Assembly: GCF_006345805.1 (NCBI RefSeq)
Contig: NC_043006.1
Span: 18,786,001 to 18,850,000, forward strand
Reading direction: 5' to 3'
Origin: Octopus sinensis
Lineage: Eukaryota
Length of the DNA: 64,000 bases
Below the pieces are notes generated by a model. That model did not search any database. It worked only from the letters and a program-made list of their open reading frames with translations, and had not been told where the DNA came from. Positions 53,231 to 64,000 of this stretch are shown here, piece by piece. Both the position numbers and the translations under genes were made by a program. How positions within the stretch are numbered: position 1 is the first letter of the stretch; every line of letters begins with the position of its first letter.

Positions 53231-53429
53231 TATTCTTTTACTTGTTTCAGCCATTTGACTGTGGCCATGCTGGAATACCACCTTTAGTCGGACAAGTCGA
53301 TACCAGGATTTGTTCTTTATAAGCCTATTACTTATTCTATCTGAATGTTTTTGGAACCGCTATGTTACAGGGACGTAAACACACCAGCATCGGTTCTCAA
53401 GTGATGGTGGGGGCTAAACACAGACACAC

Positions 53430-53432
<3 letters not shown>
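53231..53432 (-). mobile_element. SINE family B, 3' half, broken at its internal (TA)n
   Basis: Reverse complement of the B tail (catcggtt..ca, gacgtaaacacacc, ccatgctgga). Confidence 0.85.
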
Positions 53433-53484
<52 letters not shown>

Positions 53485-53768
53485 GTATATATAAAGGATG
53501 TGTTATAATACTATTCCACAGCCTTACCAACAATCCAACGTACTTCCATCATCAGCTGTCTCATAGATATGATTATGGTTTCGACACCTCAGCAGTACCA
53601 TTCAATGTAGTAGTGTCAGCAGCACTAAAATAAGTGTTTTTTGGGAACAAACAAACCAGAGAAACCACATTTTTCAGACACATTTACCCAATGTACATAA
53701 GTAAATTCCATAAGTAAATTGCAACCCTTCCTAAATACGTAACTAAACAACTCTATTAAGTCATAAAC

Positions 53769-53893
<125 letters not shown>

Positions 53894-53982
53894 TGGATAA
53901 TAAAACGAATGTTTTACACCTTGTAGCCTACTGGTAAAACACAATCTCTTCCTCAGTGATCTGCTCGTTATGTGGGATGGAA

Positions 53983-54365
53983 GGAAGCACTCCGTCGGTT
54001 ACGACGACGAGGGTTCCGGTTGATCCGAATCAACGGAACAGCCTGCTCGTGAAATTAATGTGTAAGTGGCTGAGCACTCTACAGACACGTGTACCCTTAA
54101 CATAGTTCTCGGGGATATTCAGCGTGACACAGAGAGTAACAAGGCCGGCCCTTTGAAATACAGGTACAACAGAAACAGGAAGTAAGAGTGAGAGAAAGTT
54201 GTGGTGAAAGAGTACAGCAGGGATCACCACCATCCCCTGCCGGAGCCTCGTGGAGCTTTAAGTGTTTTCGCTTAATAAACACTCACAACGTCCGGTCTGG
54301 GAATCGAAACCGCGATCCTATGACTGCGAGTCCGCTGCCCTAACCTCTGGGCCATTGCGCCTCCA
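53983..54365 (-). mobile_element. SINE family C (C1) with 11-bp TSD
   Basis: gctcgttatgt occurs at 53963-53973 and 54367-54377. Confidence 0.93.
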
Positions 54366-55383
54366 CGCTCGTTATGTATATAGCAAATGAAAGACGAAAG
54401 ATGGAATATACGAGAATTTATTATTAATCACGACAATTGTATCGACACGTCTACCATTGATCCCTCACGGGTGGGACTCACAACAACTGCTTCAAGAGTA
54501 TCCGGCGGTGGAGATGTATCTCATTGGATGATAAATAGACACAACTCATCAATGTAACTTCTCATTTTGTAGAAAGAAAAGCAATCAAACGGACAAAATA
54601 TTTTCATTTACATGGAAGATTAAAAATAAAATAACAGATGGAAGAAAGAGAAACGAACACGCAATACAGCGAGGAAAGTATTAAAAATTACCGTTAACAA
54701 ATATGGATGTATAAATGCCCTCGAGCAAGCTGCATAGTGGGAGTACACTCGCGCATACAAATATCCACGAGAATGTGAGTATACGCACGCATAATGTTTG
54801 GTGCAGTCACGAGTTACTGTCTTCTTGGTGTTTGTAAAGCACACACACATACTGACTCAATGACCCACACACATGCGCACAAACAAACAAAAGGGAACTC
54901 AGTGTAAATAACGGATCAAGACTATTGAAAAGGTTGCAAGACGCAACGAAAATTTTAGAAAATAAAAATAAGAAATAAGTGGAAATTTTACCGGTGAGTG
55001 TGTTAAGTAAGAAGGCACTAAAAGAGAATGACTCTCCCCAGGTACAACAGAATATTGTTATTGTTTCCTTCTTTCAATGAACAGACTTGAAGGTTTCTTG
55101 TAATGCTGTTCAGAAGAAGCAAAAGGGCACGCGGCTCCCCTTGCCTTATGGCGGATGCATTGTCTATTTCTGCATTTTCAAAATAATTTTTATATTAGCC
55201 ATTGCAACGAAACCCTGTCCAGATAATTTTTTCTTAGTTTTAGAATTTAAGAAAAAAATTGGTAAAAATTAAAAATAAACGATAACATAAAATTTTCATT
55301 TTAATTCATTCATCGAATAATTAAAATATTTTTTTTAACAAAAGTATATTTATAAGTTTTATTGCATTGCCTGGAAAAAGTGA

Positions 55384-56504
55384 ATTACAACGAAAAATGC
55401 AGGTGCATGCATGTTAATATTCTTAAGTTATTACACCTGGAAAAGTCCAGAACAAGATTTCTACAGCAGAATTTGCCCAATTCGTCACACCTAAAGAAAG
55501 CTAAAAAGTACTTAAAATTTAAATTCCACTGTATTTAAAATATTGTAGCCGAGGGTAACATTTTAAAATTTAAAATACATTAAATTAGGTAAATTTGAGA
55601 TAAATTATTTTATCTATTATGAGAATCTAAAAAACAAGTAAATCCTTAAAAAATTAAAAACATGGTACAAAAATGGTCAAAAATAAGTTTAAACAAAAAG
55701 ACTTTTTAAATCATGTTTTTTGTTTTAAATATACAATCAAAATAGTCGTTTCATTTAGCTGTATCAAATACAAGCAATAAAATATGAATTTCTAAATAAT
55801 ATTGCACAAGATTTTTTCACTTGAACTGAAATCCCATTCCAAAAGCAAAACACTGTAGAATGGTCATTAAATGGTTTCAACTCAGCCATATGCTCAGTCA
55901 ATTCTTCCACATTAAAAAAAATTAATCTGACAAATCATAAGTAAAATTTATTAGTTAGCATTAATACAGTAGAATTAGTCTAATTCCTCTTTGGCTAATT
56001 CGTCACGTCACCTAATTCGTCACTTTCAATTTTCTCTTAGGGATGATTAATTAGCGAACCCTACTGTATTTTTTAAAATTAATTTTACTTTATTTCATGT
56101 TTAAAATACTGTGTTTTCCAAAAATATGTTCATAGGCTTAAATACAGACTTAAATAATTTTGCTTAGATAATTTTTGTTATGAAAATAATAAACATTACT
56201 GGGGCCTACACATGAAAGAGTTTCTGGATATAAGCCCATATGCTTAAAATCGGTTGGGTTTGTTTTGGGAAAAACCCAGTAATGTTTTTGTAATATTTGT
56301 TTTAATAAAATATAGTAAATTTTTAAAATGTTATTTTCGGGTGCAATATTTTAAGTACAGTAGAATTTTAATTTTAAGTACTTTTTAGTTTCTTTTAGAG
56401 GTGACGAATTAGGCAAATTCTACTGTAGAAATCTTGTTCTGTACTTTTCCAGATGTATAACTTAAGAATATTAACATGCATGCACCTGCATTTTTCATTG
56501 TAAT
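55384..56504. mobile_element. Non-autonomous fold-back or MITE-like element with about 188-bp inverted arms and nested TA-CAG(T/C)AG termini
   Basis: 55384-55571 is inverted relative to 56317-56504. TA|CAGCAGAATTTGCC...GGCAAATTCTACTG|TA spans 55463-56425, and an internal TA|CAGTAG...CTACTG|TA spans 55967-56066. Confidence 0.8.
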
Positions 56505-57244
56505 GCATAACGTTTATTTAGTTTCATAGTGAAAATTTAAATTCACAGATACGTGGTGCAAATAAGCAAAGTTTCAGATCTGCATTGCGTTCCACTCAAA
56601 TTCCTTCGGTCATCTACATACTTTCCTGTGTTTACACAAGTGTATTAAATGAGGAAGTGTCTTCCCAGATTGTGCGTAGAACAAACGAATTAAGCACAAC
56701 GAAGTCAATGAATCACAGAAGCATAACTCTTATGGTTCACAGTGCAAAAGCATGTAATCGATTCACTTATATAGCCCATGCTAACTTCAAAACCACGTTT
56801 ATCATACGAACCGAATGGTTTCGGCTTAAAAGGAACATGACTCAGCATGAATTAACCATAATGGACAACAATACAGAAGATAGAAGTTGTAATTATTTTA
56901 ATGTGTTTCTAGAAGCCACTTGGTTGTATTACGCTTTCAGATGTCGTTATATGTAACACACATATATTTCAATACCTTCAATAATCTGCCTTCATTTAAG
57001 CAATGCAGTTGATATTTCTCACTTATATAATCCTAGTGGAAATATCTGCAACTTTTTTAAAGATTTAACTCAGCCACTGCGTTTTAACATGGAAATTCAG
57101 CTACTAGCGTTTTAATTCAAATAAAGGAAACAGTATATTTCTTATCTCTCATCAGATCAATAGAAAAGGAGATTTATAAGAATTTTTATGTAGGTATCCT
57201 GAATTCACTGAAAATTAAAAGCTTAGATAGTAGTACATGTACCG

Positions 57245-57511
<267 letters not shown>

Positions 57512-57657
57512 ATTTCAATTATCCGCACCAACGCACGGTTGCAACGCCAGATGGTTGTACCTCCAACCGTGCTGTTTACTGCTGTGATTTTTGCTACTAA
57601 GGTATCGGTTAAACTTTTGATTAATCTACTACAAGATTATTCATCTTTCTATTTCAC

Positions 57658-57792
<135 letters not shown>

Positions 57793-57793
57793 G

Positions 57794-58161
57794 TGGAGGC
57801 GCAATGGCCCAGTGGTTAGGGCAGCGGTCATAGCATCGCGGTTTCGATTCCCAGACCGGGCGTTGTGAGTGTTTATTGAGCGAAAACACCTAAGCTCCAC
57901 GAGGCTCCGACAGGGGATGGTGGTGATCCCTGCTATACTCTTTCACCACAACTTTCTCTTACTCCCTGTTTCTGTTGTACCTGTATTTCAAAGGGCCGGT
58001 CTTGTCACTCTCTGTGTCACGCTGAATATCCCCGAGAACTACGTTAAGGGTGCACGTGTCTGTGGAGTGCTCAGCCACTCACACGTTAATTTCACGAGCA
58101 AGCTGTTCCGTTGATTCGGATCAACCGGAACCCTCGTCGTCGTAACCGACGGAGTGCTTCC
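57794..58161 (+). mobile_element. SINE family C (C1)
   Basis: Full-length, immediately after (TA)n. Confidence 0.93.
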
Positions 58162-58386
58162 TTGATATATAGAAATACGGATTGGTATCGGTAATGAAAA
58201 AATTGTTTTAAGAAAGAATATACAGGATATCAATGATAAAACTTTGAAATCATTCGTTTCGTCTGTCTAACATTTCAATATATTTAGCAGATACTGTAAT
58301 CACTTAATGAGAAGTATTTAACCGTGATACTACCATTAAAGATTGTATAATGTTTGCATATTAAAGCTCGTATAAAACCTGTGGAT

Positions 58387-58768
58387 GGAAGCACTCCGTC
58401 GGTTACGACGACGAGGGTTCCGGTTGATCCGAATCAACGGAACAGCCTGCTCGTGAAATTAACGTGTAAGTGGCTGAGCACTCCACAGACACGTGTACCC
58501 TTGACGCAGTTCTCTGGGATATTCACCGTGACACAGAGAGTGACAAGGCCGGCCCTTTGAAATACAGGCACAACAGAAACAGGAAGTAAGAGTGAGAGAA
58601 AGTTGTGGTGAAAGAGTACAGCAGGGATCACCACCATCCCCGCCGGAGCATCGTGGAGCTTTATGTGTTTTCGCTCAATAAACACTCACATCGCCCGGTC
58701 TGGGAATCGAAACCGCGATCCTACGACCGCGAGTCCGCTGCCCTAACCACTGGGCCATTGCGCCTCCA
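58387..58768 (-). mobile_element. SINE family C (C1) with 11-bp TSD
   Basis: ataaaacctgt occurs at 58372-58382 and 58770-58780. Confidence 0.93.
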
Positions 58769-59128
58769 CATAAAACCTGTATTTCAAATATTTCGACAGC
58801 CACGTTAAAAATTATTCTGTTGTAAGCATGAATATTTAAGGTTGATTAAGATTGTTAAATGACAAAGATTATAAGTGCGTTTCATTATGGGACGATTAAA
58901 AAAATGATTACTAAGGTTAAGCAAGCTTATTTGTTTCGTGGAGCTGGCGAAACAACTCTGAATGTTATACTTTATAAGAATTTATCAGGAGTATAAACGT
59001 CGCCACTCGACATTTCTATTTTTATTATACATATTATACTTAACAAATTAATTGCTACACAGCCAACAAAGGTGGAAGCTATACTTTCAATGAGGAAACC
59101 TAATGAGGTAGAATCGTCAGAATATACC

Positions 59129-59292
59129 TATTTCTTTAATACCAAAGGGGCTAAACACAGAGAGGACAAATAAGGACAGACAAACGGATTAAGTCGATTA
59201 CATCGACCCCAGTGCGTAACTGGTACTTATTTAACCGACCCCGAAAGGATGAAAGGCAAAGTCGACCTCGGCAGAATTTGAACTCAGAACGT
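59129..59292 (-). mobile_element. 5'-truncated SINE family A (A1)
   Basis: Tail through B-box present, head missing. Confidence 0.88.
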
Positions 59293-59484
59293 ATATACCT
59301 TATGTTCGTTCAGTCACGAGAGACTGGTTGGCACCTAATAATTTTCCTACTCACAACATATAACCTTACAGTAGCTGTTTATGGTGTTGATACCGTGGGT
59401 ATAAACTGTTTTGGCACCGGATATTCGACTGATTCGACGTAGACATAATTAGCGCAGGTATTTTAATATTCCTTTCATTCTCTC

Positions 59485-59530
59485 CCTATCCACTTTCTCC
59501 CTATCCACTTTCTCCCTATCCACTTTCTCT
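59485..59530. repeat. 15-bp tandem repeat, about 3 copies
   Basis: (ccactttctccctat)n. Confidence 0.85.
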
Positions 59531-60617
59531 CTCTCCCCCATCCTCGTCCTCCTCCACATTCTCTCTCTCTCTCTCTTTCTTTCTCTCTGTCTTTATGTGT
59601 GTGAGCATATTTCTCTTCATGTGTATTAGAAGACGGAATGTCTTAATGAATTGCAACGTCTCTCCCTTCTCTATCACCTGCATTCACTCTCTCTGTATGT
59701 CTGTAATTCGGTGCTTGTGTGCATTTTCCTCCAGTGCCAAAAATTACTGTCCCCAAAACATGTTCAATAGCTTCTCAGCTGTGCCAAATCTCCAGCGTAC
59801 AAAGAACTATTGCTAATTACTTCATACTGTGATACTCTTGTGCATACCAAAGCATAACACTTTAAATAATCACATATGTAGTTACTACCCTTCACAAATT
59901 TCTGCAGATACCTCTTTGTCATTTTTCTTAAAGCTATTCGTTCAATTATTACAAACTAGCACGGGGAATATTGAATAAATGTAAATGCTTACTAACTTCA
60001 TGCCAGACAATATTGGCAAGAATACTTGAGCTGAAGATTCAACAGCAAAACCATAGTTGTGGATTCGCTAGTCGGACCCAACTTCATTCAGAGTATACCC
60101 CAACACAAAGTATAATACATGTGATACTGAGATGTCTGTTGTGAACGTATAATATCACATGTTGCTGTAAATTCTTAGGATTATCAATATTTCAATATGA
60201 TTAGTAGTATATGATTAAATACTAATTACGTAGGATTTTTAAAAAGATTATTTGTAAGACGGACTTAGGAGGCGTCCATTAACCACCAGACAATGTCCAT
60301 AATCTGTCTTTCTTATAAATCTCATTACATTAAAACTAAATATTTTTGCTCATTATAACTATTGTAAGAATTGTAATTTTACCTGCTAATCGCAAAGTCA
60401 ATTATCAGGTTAGTAGTGAAGCGCAAGATTACAAAGGAAATATAACAGAAAGATATTTTTAATCACAATAAACCCCGATTGAATAGAAGCAAATATCGTA
60501 TTGACCTGTACTTAACCGCATCAAAGTCATGGTTGACAACTGGAACTCACGAAAAACAGAAGAATTTGGTAAAAGTTTGAAGTATCAGTGTCCTAGTTAA
60601 ATAAAAGTAGAAATAGG

Positions 60618-60969
60618 TGGAGCTTATGTGTTTTGCTCATAAACACACGCATCGCCTGGTCTGAGATTCGAACCCACGATCCCTCGACCGCGAGTTCGCT
60701 GCTCTAATCACTAGGCCATGTACCTCCACTGCATATTTAATTACTGATTCCAAATTTTGGCACATGGCCAGCAATTTCGGAGGCGGAGGCGGTAAGTGAA
60801 CTACATCGACCCCAGTATTCAACTGGTATTTATTTTCTTGACTCCGAATTGACCTCAGCGGAATTTGAACTAAGAACGTAAAGACGGAAGATGCATATGT
60901 AACTATGCAAGTAATTCACACAGAGTATGGCTGAATGGATAAGAATATTGCTTCGCAAGTACCATGTCA
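60618..60969 (+). repeat. 352-bp near-identical duplicate of 62485-62836 (composite of SINE C, A and B fragments)
   Basis: The offset is a constant 1867 bp, with about 4 substitutions seen and no indels. Confidence 0.95.
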
Positions 60970-61669
60970 CGGAAGGGAAGAAATAGTGAGTTTCAGAAAT
61001 AGTGTAATCTTCGACAAGACAGTTTGAGAACTGAGAAATCTGAGCATGTTCCGCTCATTTTAGGTATTTTCAGTGAAGCTTAATCGTTCACATATATTTC
61101 AGATCACAGGAGAGTAATAAATATAAATACATACGTCGTAGAAATTGTAAATAGTTTGATATGACGATCGGAACTGACGCCATAAATGCATCCAGTCGCC
61201 AAAATATCGGAAGCTGGGTTTTATATTTTAATATGTTATTTTTGGTTTCTTTTCTTCTTGTTTGCTATTTTCTTGATTCTTTAATATTGATTAAATGTCC
61301 ACTTATAGCAATACAGATGTCTATTAATTATGTACTGATATATGAACATAAATTCTAAATTATACACGGAAACTATTTACATAAAAGTTTCAGACCAATA
61401 AATGTAAATGAATTTGCCATTTTGTTTTTCTTCACAAGGTTACACGAAATTATCCATCTATTCCGGTAAAAAATGTGTTTACAGAATAAATATGCATTTC
61501 ATTAGAGGAAATGACATGCCTTAGCTTAGTAAACCACCGAATATTGGACGAATGATTAAAGTGAGGATGTCGAGAATGATAATGATAATAAAAACGGCTT
61601 TATGACGAAACCCAAGACCATGATCGTGGAAAATGATAATTATGTGCATGGCATTGATACACATGAAAA

Positions 61670-61686
61670 TGATGATGATGATAACG

Positions 61687-61717
<31 letters not shown>

Positions 61718-61820
61718 TGATGACGACAACGACGACCATGGCCATGATGATAATGATGATGACGACGATGATGAGGAGGGTGATGATGACTACGAAGACG
61801 ACGAGGAAGGGGAGGAGGAG
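61670..61820. repeat. Degenerate (GAT/GAC/GAG)n trinucleotide repeat
   Basis: Direct reading. It yields the poly-Asp/Glu ORF 61602-61958. Confidence 0.9.
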
Positions 61821-62289
61821 GTCAGTGGACAGGTTTTCGTTGACAATTGGGATCTGATTCTGCGTTTTTGTCACGTTGTCTACGCCTTTTGTCACGTTTA
61901 CACATTATTTTTTTTAAAAGATATATGTTTGGTGGTGATGCACTTATTATGGGAGTGAAGAAGATGCCTTTTGGGCTTTAGGCATGTGCCTTTAAATTCC
62001 AAATGTCAAACTTTGCTGGCTTTTATATACTTCTAGTTAAATATTAATCACAATGTTAATCGCATGTGCTTATACGCAAGTATTGCCTCTCTTAGACTTG
62101 TCTGTTTTATTGGAAATGAAAAGTGAATTTCCGATGCCAAAACGTATTTGAGAAACTGAACGGAAACGATTTTAAATGCAAATTAGAATTGCTTTCAAGA
62201 TTCCATCTTTAAAAATTCATGAAAATTATAAAAGCTGTATAAAAAGATTTAATGGAAAATGTTAGGTTATAAAGAAACAACTGCATATT

Positions 62290-62596
62290 TAAATGTTTGT
62301 TCCTTCTCTAGCCATGCCTGGCTCATAAGGGCCGATTTCCCGGTTTCATTGACGTATAGGTTCCCCACCTGGTCGGGACGCCGGTCCGTCGCAGGTGAAC
62401 TGCTGGATGCAGAAGGAAAGAGTGAGAGAAAGTTGTATCGAAAGAGTAAGCAGAAGTTCGCCATTACCTTCTACCGGAGCAGCATGGAGCTTATGTGTTT
62501 TGCTCATAAACACACGCATCGCCTGGTCTGAGATTCGAACCCACGATCCCTCGACCGCGAGTTCGCTGCTCTAATCACTAGGCCATGTACCTCCAC
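62290..62596 (-). mobile_element. SINE family C with a third tail variant (C3)
   Basis: A diverged C head is followed by caactttctctcactc and then a distinct tail, gcagttcacctgcgacgg...ccttatgagccaggcatggctagag. Confidence 0.75.
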
Positions 62597-63252
62597 TGCA
62601 TATTTAATTACTGATTCCAAATGTTGGCACATGGCAAGCAATTTCGGAGGCGGAGGCGGTAAGTGGACTACATCGACCCCAGTATTCAACTGGTATTTAT
62701 TTTCTTGACTCCGAATTGACCTCAGCGGAATTTGAACTAAGAACGTAAAGACGGAAGATGCATATGTAACTATGCAAGTGATTCACACAGAGTATGGCTG
62801 AATGGATAAGAATATTGCTTCGCAAGTACCATGTCAAGGGTTCTATTCCACTATGTAGCACCTTGACCATAGGAAAATGCCAATTTCTAAGTCTCGTTTA
62901 AGTTGAAACATTGTGAGTGAGATTCGGTAGATGCTAGCTATATAGAATCTATTCAGGTGAATTCTACATTTTATTCATAAGTTTACTGTGTCAAACTGGG
63001 AATAAGGTTAAGGGTACACGTATCTATGGTATACTCAGCTACTTAATTCTGGAGCCAATAATTCAGTTACTCGGACAACTGAATCCTCATCGTCGGAAGA
63101 TGGAAATACTCTACTACCCCTACCACATAGCTGATCTTTTCTCTTCATCTTTTAATTATTAATAATTTTTAAACAACAGCATTGTTGTTCTCTTGCTTCT
63201 GTAATATATTTCAGGGTATTGTATAGAATAAAATTTTAAGAAACACATCATA

Positions 63253-63659
63253 GGCGCAGGAGTGGCTGTGTGATAAGTAGCTTGCTAACCAACCACATGG
63301 TTCCGGGTTCAGTCCCACTGCGTGGCATCTTGGGCAAGTGTCTTCTGCTATAGCCCCGGGCCGACCAATGCCTTGTGAGTGGATTTGGTAGGCAGAAACT
63401 GAAAGAAGCCTGTCGTATATATGTATATATATATGTATGTATGTGTAATTGTGTGTCTTTGTTTATCCCCCTAGCATTGCTTGACAACCGATGCTGGTGT
63501 GTTTACGTCCCCGTCACCTAGCGGTTCGGCAAAAGAGACCGATAGAATAAGTACTGGGCTTACAAAGAATAAGTCCCGGGGTCGATTTGCTCGACTAAAG
63601 GCGGTGCTCCAGCATGGCCGCAGTCAAATGACTGAAACAAGTAAAAGAGTAAAGAGAGT
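63253..63659 (+). mobile_element. SINE family B
   Basis: Full-length match. Confidence 0.93.
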
Positions 63660-64000
63660 ATGTAAACATATTTAAATTCATAAATAAATATATTGTTATG
63701 GTTCGGCTGGTGCAGTATTTATTGACCCACTTTGTGAATGAGCGGCGCCTGCAAGTCTGGAATAAAAAGCTACAGCCCTTTGTTCACTGGAAGAGTAATG
63801 GCTTTTGGAGGGACCTTTGGCCTTGTGCCAGTCGATTAGGGATCAGAGAGATGTGAGGGCCGAGAAAGACAGAGTAAGGGATCTGAGAGCAGATAGAGAG
63901 GATATTAGAGCTAAGAGAGGGATTGGGGGTAGTGATAGAGTAAGAGGTTTTTAGACAGTCGGTATTCGGTCGTCAAAGCGGACAGTCGTGATTTGGAAGT

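Noticed and set aside
56585-56956. 123-codon ORF in non-repetitive DNA
   Set aside because: It starts at TTG, has no recognisable motif, and its length is compatible with chance.
61602-61958. Asp/Glu-rich 118-aa ORF resembling an acidic biomineralisation or chaperone protein
   Set aside because: It is explained by a degenerate GAN trinucleotide repeat. There is no convincing splice context or domain, and it would need RNA evidence.
63700-64000. More GC-rich, purine-skewed terminal segment, possibly a retroelement
   Set aside because: It is cut by the window edge and has no diagnostic motif, so it could not be classified.

Overview
This AT-rich eukaryotic window contains no host protein-coding gene I can support and appears to be a gene desert or very large intron. 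The microsatellite load and SINE families suggest a coleoid cephalopod, probably Octopus (inference). It is a mosaic of (TA)n, (GATA)n, (TAA)n and (TACA)n microsatellites, three tRNA-derived SINE families (labelled A, B and C here) and decayed transposons. The transposons are Penelope-like retroelements (GIY-YIG at 9.4-9.9 kb, RT at 44.2-45.2 kb), a Helitron helicase remnant, a maT/DD37D-like element, two mariners, a Chapaev3-like transposase and a cluster of R4/Dong-like non-LTR fragments at 31-39 kb. The ORF track does not explain the most striking layer. There are about 10 intact or near-intact type I hammerhead ribozyme motifs plus about 5 decayed ones, most with a self-complementary stem III, and one lies just 3' of the Penelope endonuclease ORF. 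There is also a recurrent set of perfect or near-perfect fold-back palindromes (95-520 bp) that usually abut (TA)n tracts and often duplicate the ribozyme-bearing element ends. All coordinates and alignments were read by eye.
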